Below are positions 24,697 through 32,000 of a stretch of 32,000 nt of DNA, one piece after another. Made by a program: the position numbers and the translations under genes. The notes beneath the pieces are model-generated. The model was not told the origin of the DNA, ran no database searches, and was given only the letters and a program-made list of their open reading frames with translations. Position 1 is the first letter of the stretch, and each line of letters opens with the position of its first letter. The DNA comes from Bacteroidia bacterium. GTDB taxonomy: Bacteria > Bacteroidota > Bacteroidia > AKYH767-A > OLB10. Where the stretch lies: positions 1 through 32,000 of the forward strand of contig JAEUTI010000048.1 of NCBI GenBank assembly GCA_016788065.1. Direction: 5' to 3'.

Positions 24697-27600
24697 ATGG
24701 AAAAGAAATATTGGAAAGGTGTTGAGGAGCTACGGAATGATGCGGAGTTCGTCAGGCTTAAAAACAATGAGTTTTTCGAGCATATTCCCGTCGATGAGGT
24801 CATCGGTCGCAAAGCAGAATCTGCTGATGCAACACCACGCCGTGACTTCCTGAAATTCCTTGGTTTCGGAATGGCAGCAGCAACACTTGCTGCTTGTGAA
24901 GCACCGGTAAAAAAGGCGCTTCCTTATGTCGTTAAGCCGGAAGAAATTACTCCGGGTATTCCGAATTATTATGCATCTACTTTTTCTGATGGTCACGATT
25001 ATGCCAGTATTCTGGTAAAAACCCGTGAAGGCCGTCCAATTAAAATTGATGGCAACGAAATGTCTTCAATCTCTAAAGGTGCCACCCACGCAAGGGTACA
25101 AGCCTCTGTTCTGGGATTGTATGACAACAACAGATTACGTGGTCCGAAAGCAGCAGGTAAAGACACCGACTGGGCGACCGCAGACAAAGAAATTAAAGCT
25201 AAACTCGAAGCAGCTGTTGCGAAAAATGGTAAAATCAGAATTCTTACAGCTACTGTTGTAAGTCCATCTACCAAAGCATTGTTTGCTGAGTTTGCTGCTA
25301 AATATCCGGGTACCGAAGTAGTTACTTATGATGCAGTTTCTTTTTCAGGAACATTAAAGGCAAATGAGCAATCGTTTGGTAAAGCTGCCCTGCCAACTTA
25401 TCGTTTCGATAATGCAGATGTAATTGTAAGTGTTGGTGCCGATTTCCTTTCTAACTGGATCAACCCTACCGAGCATGCTCGTCAGTATGCTGCCAACAGA
25501 AAATTGTTTGGTAAGAAAACCATGTCGCGTCACTATCAGTTTGAAGCAACATTGAGCGTTACCGGTTCTAATGCAGATCACCGCTATAAGGTAAAACCAG
25601 GACAATATGGTTCAGTGGTTGCTGCCCTTTATAATAAGGTGGCTTCATTGGCTGGTGCTACTTCTATCAGTGCCGGCAATACCAGTGTTGATGATGGCAT
25701 ATCAAAAGCTGCACGTGATTTATGGAACAGCAAAGGCCGTTCTGTAGTTGTATGTGGTTCCAATGATCCTGCTGTTCAGGTTCTGATTAATGGAATTAAT
25801 ACATTACTGGGAAATTATGGAAGCACTGTCAACATCGACATGCATTCTAATCTCCGTCAGGGTAGTGATGAGAAAATGGCTGCTTTGGTTGCTGAAATGG
25901 CTTCCGGTGCAGTAGATGTTCTTTTCATGTATAATGTAAATCCTGCTTATACATATCCTGATGCAGCTGCATTCAAAGCTGCCCTCAAAAAAGTTGGTAC
26001 CTCTGTTTCTTTTGCAGGAACTGAAGATGAGTCTGCATCAGAAGCAAATTATATTTGTCCCGATCACCATTACCTCGAATCATGGAATGATGCGGAACCG
26101 GTAAAAGGAATGTTCAGTCTTGGACAACCAGTTATACGACCACTTTTCAAAACCCGTCAGATGCAGGATTCATTGATTCAGTGGGCTGGTTTACCTTATC
26201 AGGATTACCTGACTTTCATTCAGGGTAACTGGAATAAGAGCATGTATGGTATGCAGACTGCAATCAGCTCATACGATGCATTCTGGACGAAATCATTACA
26301 GGAAGGTGTTTTCGAAACTGCCCCTGCTGCCGGAACAACGGTGTTTGCAGGTGATGTTGCTGCTGCTGCATCAAGTATTGTAAAATCAAAAACAGATGGA
26401 CTGGAACTGGTGATCTATGAGAAAACCGGTATCGGAAATGGAAATCAGGCAAACAATCCATGGTTACAGGAGCTTCCTGATCCGGTTTCTAAAGTTTGCT
26501 GGGATAACTACTTTGCTATGTCGCCAGCCTTTGCAAAAGCACAAGGATTTTCACAGGGCAATGTAATTGAAGTAAAAGCAGGTAATAAAACCGTTAAAGG
26601 TCCAGTGTATTTACAGCCTGGTGTTGCTGATCAGACTATTGCTATAGCAATCGGTTATGGTCGTACCAAAGCTGGAAAGGCAGCTGACAATATCGGGGTG
26701 AATGCCTATGAATTAGCATCTATGGTGAATGGAACCATTCACTATTACAATACAGGAATCACTATCAACAAAACTGTTGATGAGGATCACGTGCTTGCAG
26801 CTACACAAACCCACCATACCATGATGGGTCGTGCAATTGTAAAAGAAACGAATCTTGATAAATGGCTGAAAGATCCTAAATCAGGAAATCCTGATGTAAT
26901 GCTTGAAACTTACAAGGGTAAGAAGAAAGCTACTGAAATGGATCTTTGGGCAACGGAAAAAAATCCGGGTCACGATAAGCCAAACCATTTCTGGGGAATG
27001 TCAATTGATCTCAACTCCTGTATCGGATGCGGATCATGCGTTGTTGCCTGTCAGGTAGAAAATAACGTTCCTGTTGTTGGTAAAGATGAGATCAACCGTT
27101 CCCGTGAAATGCACTGGATCCGTATTGATCGTTATTATACCAGCGATACAACAAAAGAAAGTGCTGAGAAAGATGGCCTGGGCAAGATAGATATGCTTGC
27201 TAAAATGGAAGACCCTTCAGAAAATCCGGAGGTAGTATTCCAGCCAATGCTTTGCCAGCATTGTAATCATGCACCATGCGAAACTGTTTGTCCCGTTGCT
27301 GCAACAACACACAGCTCGGAAGGTTTGAATATGATGGCTTATAACCGTTGTGTGGGAACCCGTTATTGTGCAAACAACTGTCCATATAAAGTACGTCGTT
27401 ATAACTGGTTTAAATATTCCGATAATACACAGTTCGATTTCAACATGAATGATGATCTGGGTAAAATGGTATTGAATCCGGATGTAGTAGTTCGTTCACG
27501 CGGGGTAATGGAAAAATGCTCTATGTGTGTTCAGCGTATTCAATATGGTAAGCTGGAAGCGAAAAAAGCAGGACGCCGTCCGAAAGATGGTGAAATTAAT

Positions 27601-27786
27601 ACTGCCTGTGCTCAATCGTGTCCTACCAATGCCATTACATTCGGTGACTACAATGATCCTGCAAGCCGTTTATCTGCGGAAGCTAAAGATGCAAGAGCAT
27701 ATCATGTACTGGAAGAACTTAACGTACAGCCATCAATTTATTATCAAACAAAGGTAAGAAACAAGGATACCGGCACTAAAGCCTGA
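24697..27786 (+). CDS. actB: Alternative complex III subunit ActB (molybdopterin-oxidoreductase-like plus Fe-S domain fusion)
   Basis: I place the start at MEKKYWKG (ATG at 24697); the ORF extension back to 24649 overlaps actA. The Tat signal is PRRDFLKFLGFGMAAATLAAC. The Fe-S cysteine clusters are CIGCGSCVVAC, CQHCNHAPCETVCP and CVGTRYCANNCP. Confidence 0.9.
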   Translation: MEKKYWKGVEELRNDAEFVRLKNNEFFEHIPVDEVIGRKAESADATPRRDFLKFLGFGMAAATLAACEAPVKKALPYVVKPEEITPGIPNYYASTFSDGHDYASILVKTREGRPIKIDGNEMSSISKGATHARVQASVLGLYDNNRLRGPKAAGKDTDWATADKEIKAKLEAAVAKNGKIRILTATVVSPSTKALFAEFAAKYPGTEVVTYDAVSFSGTLKANEQSFGKAALPTYRFDNADVIVSVGADFLSNWINPTEHARQYAANRKLFGKKTMSRHYQFEATLSVTGSNADHRYKVKPGQYGSVVAALYNKVASLAGATSISAGNTSVDDGISKAARDLWNSKGRSVVVCGSNDPAVQVLINGINTLLGNYGSTVNIDMHSNLRQGSDEKMAALVAEMASGAVDVLFMYNVNPAYTYPDAAAFKAALKKVGTSVSFAGTEDESASEANYICPDHHYLESWNDAEPVKGMFSLGQPVIRPLFKTRQMQDSLIQWAGLPYQDYLTFIQGNWNKSMYGMQTAISSYDAFWTKSLQEGVFETAPAAGTTVFAGDVAAAASSIVKSKTDGLELVIYEKTGIGNGNQANNPWLQELPDPVSKVCWDNYFAMSPAFAKAQGFSQGNVIEVKAGNKTVKGPVYLQPGVADQTIAIAIGYGRTKAGKAADNIGVNAYELASMVNGTIHYYNTGITINKTVDEDHVLAATQTHHTMMGRAIVKETNLDKWLKDPKSGNPDVMLETYKGKKKATEMDLWATEKNPGHDKPNHFWGMSIDLNSCIGCGSCVVACQVENNVPVVGKDEINRSREMHWIRIDRYYTSDTTKESAEKDGLGKIDMLAKMEDPSENPEVVFQPMLCQHCNHAPCETVCPVAATTHSSEGLNMMAYNRCVGTRYCANNCPYKVRRYNWFKYSDNTQFDFNMNDDLGKMVLNPDVVVRSRGVMEKCSMCVQRIQYGKLEAKKAGRRPKDGEINTACAQSCPTNAITFGDYNDPASRLSAEAKDARAYHVLEELNVQPSIYYQTKVRNKDTGTKA

Positions 27787-27827
27787 TTCCGACTTTGAAT
27801 ACATTTCTGACAAAGACAATATAAACT

Positions 27828-29216
27828 ATGCACTACGAATCAGAATTAAGGGAACCGTTAATTCTCGGTGATAAAGGTTATCACGAGATTACGGAGGATG
27901 TGTGCAGGCCGATTGAAGGTAAAGCCAACAAATACTGGTGGGCAGCCTTTACATTAGCCTCTATGGCATTACTCTGGTGGATTATTTCAGTTTCCTACAC
28001 TTTAGGAACCGGACTTGGAGTCTGGGGATTAAATAAAACAGTAGGTTGGGCATGGGATATCACCAACTTCGTTTGGTGGGTTGGTATCGGTCACGCCGGT
28101 ACGCTTATCTCAGCGATCCTCTTGTTGTTCCGTCAGAAATGGAGATTATCGATTAACCGATCTGCAGAGGCAATGACCATTTTTGCCGTTATCTGTGCTG
28201 CATCATTCATCGTATCTCACATGGGTCGTCCATGGGTAGCATACTGGCCACTGCCATTACCTAACCAGTTCGGTTCATTATGGGTTAACTTTAACTCACC
28301 ATTGGTATGGGACGTATTTGCGATCTCTACTTACTTCTCTGTATCATTAGTATTCTGGTATACCGGTCTTATTCCTGATTTTGCAGTTGTCCGCGACAGA
28401 GCAAAGACTAAAGGCGCAAAATTCTGGTACACTATTTTAAGTTTCGGTTGGACAGGAACAGCTAAAAACTGGCAACGTTTTGAAGAGGTTTCTCTGGTAC
28501 TTGCCGGTCTCTCTACACCTCTGGTACTCTCGGTTCACTCGGTGGTATCTATGGACTTCGCAACATCGCTGGTTCCCGGATGGCACACCACCATTTTCCC
28601 ACCATACTTCGTTGCCGGTGCGATCTTCTCCGGATTTGCGATGGTACAAACACTTCTGATCATCACCAGAAAAGTATTGAATCTTGAAAATTACATTACC
28701 ATCTATCACATCGATATGATGAACAGGATCATCCTGATCACCGGTTCGATTGTAGGTGTTGCTTATATTACAGAGTTCTTCATTGCCTGGTATTCAGGAG
28801 TTGAATATGAACAATACGCATTCATCAATCGTGCTACAGGACCATACTGGTGGGCATACTGGAGTATGATGACATGTAACGTAATCACACCACAGTTATT
28901 CTGGTCAGCAAAACTTCGTACCAGTCTGTTTGCTACCTTCTTCATTTCGATTTTCGTAAACATCGGTATGTGGTTCGAGCGATTTGTAATTATCGTTACT
29001 TCATTGCACCGTGACTATGTTCCATCAAGCTGGACCATGTATTCACCAACATGGGTTGAGGTAGGTATCTTCATCGGATCACTTGGATTGTTCTTCGTAC
29101 CATTCCTGTTATTCACCCGATTCTTCCCGGTAATTGCAATGAGCGAATTAAAGACTATTGTAAAATCTTCAAGTTCCCAGGCTAAAAAGAAAGGAGCACA
29201 CCACCATGAGCACTAA
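27828..29216 (+). CDS. actC: Alternative complex III subunit ActC (NrfD/PsrC-like quinol-binding membrane subunit)
   Basis: This is a polytopic 462-aa membrane protein directly after actB. It has NrfD-like segments (WAWDITNFVWWVGIGHAGT). Confidence 0.85.
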   Translation: MHYESELREPLILGDKGYHEITEDVCRPIEGKANKYWWAAFTLASMALLWWIISVSYTLGTGLGVWGLNKTVGWAWDITNFVWWVGIGHAGTLISAILLLFRQKWRLSINRSAEAMTIFAVICAASFIVSHMGRPWVAYWPLPLPNQFGSLWVNFNSPLVWDVFAISTYFSVSLVFWYTGLIPDFAVVRDRAKTKGAKFWYTILSFGWTGTAKNWQRFEEVSLVLAGLSTPLVLSVHSVVSMDFATSLVPGWHTTIFPPYFVAGAIFSGFAMVQTLLIITRKVLNLENYITIYHIDMMNRIILITGSIVGVAYITEFFIAWYSGVEYEQYAFINRATGPYWWAYWSMMTCNVITPQLFWSAKLRTSLFATFFISIFVNIGMWFERFVIIVTSLHRDYVPSSWTMYSPTWVEVGIFIGSLGLFFVPFLLFTRFFPVIAMSELKTIVKSSSSQAKKKGAHHHEH

Positions 29217-29721
29217 AATCGCTTACGGCATTTTCGACGACGATGATGTTGTTATGCATGCCATCCCTAAACTTCAGGAAAAGAAATTTAAGGTTGTAGA
29301 TGTTATATCACCCTTTCCAATTCACGGATTGGATCATGCACTGGGTCTGAAAAGAACCCGTATTTCTATGGCAGCATTCATGTACGGTATCACCGGTACC
29401 AGTCTAGCATTGCTGATGATGTGGTATATGAATATCTGGGACTGGCCAATGGATATCGGTGGTAAACCAAGTTTTGCCCTGTATAAAAATTTGCCTGCAT
29501 TTATTCCTGTAACATTTGAATCGACTGTATTATGTGCTGCTCACGGAATGGTTATTACTTTCTATCTGAGAAGTAAATTGCTTCCTGGAGTTGAACCACA
29601 TGTAATAGATGTTCGTGCAACTGATGACCGTTTCGTAATGGCCATTGAAGTTAAAACTGATGCTGATAAAGATGCCGCTCATGCTGCAATGAAAGCATTG
29701 GGTGCAATGTATGTTAAATAA
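29206..29721 (+). CDS. actD: Alternative complex III subunit ActD (DUF3341-type)
   Basis: The 171-aa product overlaps the actC stop by 11 nt. The N-terminal soluble part is YGIFDDDDVVMHAI and is followed by TM helices. Its position in the operon supports the call. Confidence 0.8.
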   Translation: MSTKIAYGIFDDDDVVMHAIPKLQEKKFKVVDVISPFPIHGLDHALGLKRTRISMAAFMYGITGTSLALLMMWYMNIWDWPMDIGGKPSFALYKNLPAFIPVTFESTVLCAAHGMVITFYLRSKLLPGVEPHVIDVRATDDRFVMAIEVKTDADKDAAHAAMKALGAMYVK

Positions 29722-29757
29722 GAAGCAGCTAATCTGATAAATAGAAACTCACAAGCA

Positions 29758-30411
29758 ATGAATCAAAATACTATGAAGCTGTTTTCGGGCTTATTGTTGC
29801 TGAGCATGGTGGTACTTGTATCATCCTGCAGTAAAGATCCCGGTAAGCCGGGTTATGAATACATGCCCGACATGTATCGTTCCCCATCTTATAAAACTTA
29901 TGAGGTGAATGCATTATTTGCAGACAGTTCATCGGCACGTCTTCCGGTTGCCGGAAGTGTTCCAAGAGGATATATTTTCTTCAATTATCCTTCATCCAAT
30001 GAAGGGTATGAGGCTGCAGGTCGCGATTTGAAAAATCCTTTTGAAAGCAATGCAGTGAATCTTGCAGAAGGAAAAAGATTATACACCAATTTTTGTATGC
30101 ATTGTCACGGAGAAACAGGAAATGGTGACGGTCAGCTGATCGGTACCGGAAAATTCCCACCTCCGCCATCTTATTCTAGTGGAGTATCATCACGCGGTGG
30201 AAATATGCGTGATCTGACTGACGGTAAAATTTACCATACAATTACTTATGGAATCAATCTGATGGGACCCCATGCATCTCAGGTAAATCCTGAAGAGCGC
30301 TGGAAAATTACCATGTATGTGCATGAACTGGCTAAAGCCGGTGCAGCACCTGCGCCTGCAGCAAGCGACAGCACTGCAGCCCCTAAAGATTCAACTGTGG
30401 CAATGAATTAA
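29758..30411 (+). CDS. actE: Alternative complex III subunit ActE (monohaem cytochrome c lipoprotein)
   Basis: It has a lipobox (LVSSC) and a single CMHCH motif. The C-terminal tail is Ala/Pro-rich. The start may be Met6 (29773). Confidence 0.8.
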   Translation: MNQNTMKLFSGLLLLSMVVLVSSCSKDPGKPGYEYMPDMYRSPSYKTYEVNALFADSSSARLPVAGSVPRGYIFFNYPSSNEGYEAAGRDLKNPFESNAVNLAEGKRLYTNFCMHCHGETGNGDGQLIGTGKFPPPPSYSSGVSSRGGNMRDLTDGKIYHTITYGINLMGPHASQVNPEERWKITMYVHELAKAGAAPAPAASDSTAAPKDSTVAMN

Positions 30412-30425
30412 TAACAGAAGGAACT

Positions 30426-31619
30426 ATGAATTACACATTCAATCAGAAAAATAAAACCATTGCATTTGTTCTTATTGCGATTGGTCTCGTTTCTATTGCA
30501 GCCAGCTTTTTGACGCATAACCATCAGGCATGGTCAAACCTGTTGCATAATACCTTTTACTTCATGGCCATTTCTCTGGCAGGAACATTCTTCCTCGCTG
30601 TACAATATGCTGCTGAAGTAGGTTGGTCAGTTGTACTGAAAAGAATTCTTGAAGCAATGGGAACTTTCCTTCCTTTTGCAGCTATTCTTATGCTGGTGGT
30701 ATTCTTTGGTAACCTGATGGCCGGTCATAATGGCGGTCACTATATTTATCACTGGTTACACCACGATTTGTATGATCCTGCAAGTGCAGAATACGACAAG
30801 ATCATTGCTGGTAAATCAGGCTATCTGAATCTTCCTTTCTTCGTTATCCGGATGCTGGCTTATTTCGCTATCTGGATTGGCTTCACCCGTTTGTTCCGTA
30901 AGTTGAGTCTGAAAGAAGATATCGAAGGTGGAAGTGCAAATTACCTGAAAGCTAGAAAATATTCAGCAACATTCCTGGTATTGTTTGCAGTAACATCATC
31001 GACTTCAGCATGGGATTTTATCATGTCAATCGATACCCACTGGTACTCTACCTTGTTTGGCTGGTATACCTTTGCCGGAATGTTTATCAGCGGTATTGCC
31101 GTAATGAACTTCATTCTTGTTTATCTGGTGAAGAAAGGTAATATGCCGTTCATCACAGAACATCACCTGCATGATGCCGGTAAATTTATGTTTGCCTTCA
31201 GTATTTTCTGGACCTACCTCTGGTTTGCGCAGTTCATGCTGATCTGGTATGCCAACATCCCTGAAGAGGTAACCTACTTCATGATTCGTTTCGAACATTA
31301 TCGTCCGTTGTTCATAGCTAACTTCCTCATCAACTTCATAGCACCATTCCTGGTGCTGATGACTCGCGATGCGAAACGTAAACTCAATCTGCTGATGACT
31401 ATTTCAGTGGTATTGTTTATTGGTCACTGGATCGATGTATTCCTGATGGTAACTCCGGGAGTAGTAAAAGAACACTGGCACATTGGCTGGATGGAAATTG
31501 GAACAACCCTCGGATTCCTGGGATTGTTCATGTATGTAATTCAGGCTTCTCTGGCTAAAGCTCCATTGCTGCGCGAAAAACACCCGCTGCTACAGGAAAG
31601 CTTACACCATTCAATTTAA
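30426..31619 (+). CDS. actF: Alternative complex III subunit ActF (second NrfD-like membrane subunit)
   Basis: This polytopic 397-aa membrane protein is the last gene of the act cluster. Confidence 0.8.
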   Translation: MNYTFNQKNKTIAFVLIAIGLVSIAASFLTHNHQAWSNLLHNTFYFMAISLAGTFFLAVQYAAEVGWSVVLKRILEAMGTFLPFAAILMLVVFFGNLMAGHNGGHYIYHWLHHDLYDPASAEYDKIIAGKSGYLNLPFFVIRMLAYFAIWIGFTRLFRKLSLKEDIEGGSANYLKARKYSATFLVLFAVTSSTSAWDFIMSIDTHWYSTLFGWYTFAGMFISGIAVMNFILVYLVKKGNMPFITEHHLHDAGKFMFAFSIFWTYLWFAQFMLIWYANIPEEVTYFMIRFEHYRPLFIANFLINFIAPFLVLMTRDAKRKLNLLMTISVVLFIGHWIDVFLMVTPGVVKEHWHIGWMEIGTTLGFLGLFMYVIQASLAKAPLLREKHPLLQESLHHSI

Positions 31620-31669
31620 TTGACGAGTATATAAAGAGTATTGATTAACAGAATAATAAAGGATAAGTA

Positions 31670-32000
31670 ATGAGCTTCCTGATGATGATCACCTTACTGC
31701 TGGGTACACTGGTAGTAATACGACTGATGAGTGTTTCGCAAATGGCCTCTGTTCTCTCCGGAGAAGATGAGGACGTAGCGCAGAAACGAGACAATAGCAT
31801 GAACAGTATCGGTCTGATGCTCTTCATGGTTGTTGGTCTTGCACTGATGATTTACATGACCATCAAGTACCAACCTTTCCTGCTGCCTGTTGCTGCTTCT
31901 GTACACGGAGCTGAAACAGATTTTCTCTTGAATATCAACTTTGCAGTTATCGGAGTAGTGTTCTTCATCACTCAAATCATGTTATTCTGGTTTGTTTACA
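31670..32000 (+). CDS. Cytochrome c oxidase subunit II, N-terminal part (runs off the window)
   Basis: This ORF is not in the supplied track because it has no stop within the window. It has an ATG at 31670 and translates as MSFLMMITLLLGTLVV ... VAASVHGAETDFLLNINFAVIGVVFFITQIMLFWFVY. That is two TM helices with the pattern seen at the N-terminus of Bacteroidota CoxII, and it follows the act operon. Confidence 0.6.
   Translation, partial: MSFLMMITLLLGTLVVIRLMSVSQMASVLSGEDEDVAQKRDNSMNSIGLMLFMVVGLALMIYMTIKYQPFLLPVAASVHGAETDFLLNINFAVIGVVFFITQIMLFWFVY

Overview
The window looks like a Bacteroidota genome: three proteins carry T9SS C-terminal sorting domains, and there is a TPR sensor kinase with a LytTR regulator and an alternative complex III operon. 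It falls into three blocks. (1) nt 1-4598 is a minus-strand CRISPR adaptation locus with a cas6-RT-cas1 triple fusion, cas2, a 117-nt AT-rich leader, and an array of at least 23 copies of a 36-nt repeat that runs off the left edge. No effector cas gene is visible anywhere in the window. (2) nt 4.6-20.2 kb is an AT-rich accessory stretch, almost entirely on the minus strand. It holds secreted and T9SS cargo proteins, the two-component pair, and a two-gene cassette (cytoplasmic SGNH hydrolase plus a 2-TM protein). Two ~114-nt direct repeats bracket that cassette and sit in unusually long non-coding gaps. One of those gaps is also closed by a long-range inverted repeat. Phased 9-bp TCAYA arrays and an 89-nt polypurine tract lie around the cargo genes. 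(3) nt 20.4-32 kb is GC-richer core metabolism: an SDR, a hotdog thioesterase, a DUF4476-like repeat protein, a SPOR protein, a complete actABCDEF operon, and the start of cytochrome c oxidase subunit II. The best candidates for something new are the RT-linked adaptation module without a visible effector, whose spacers are strongly strand-skewed, and the repeat-flanked SGNH/2-TM cassette with its non-coding elements.
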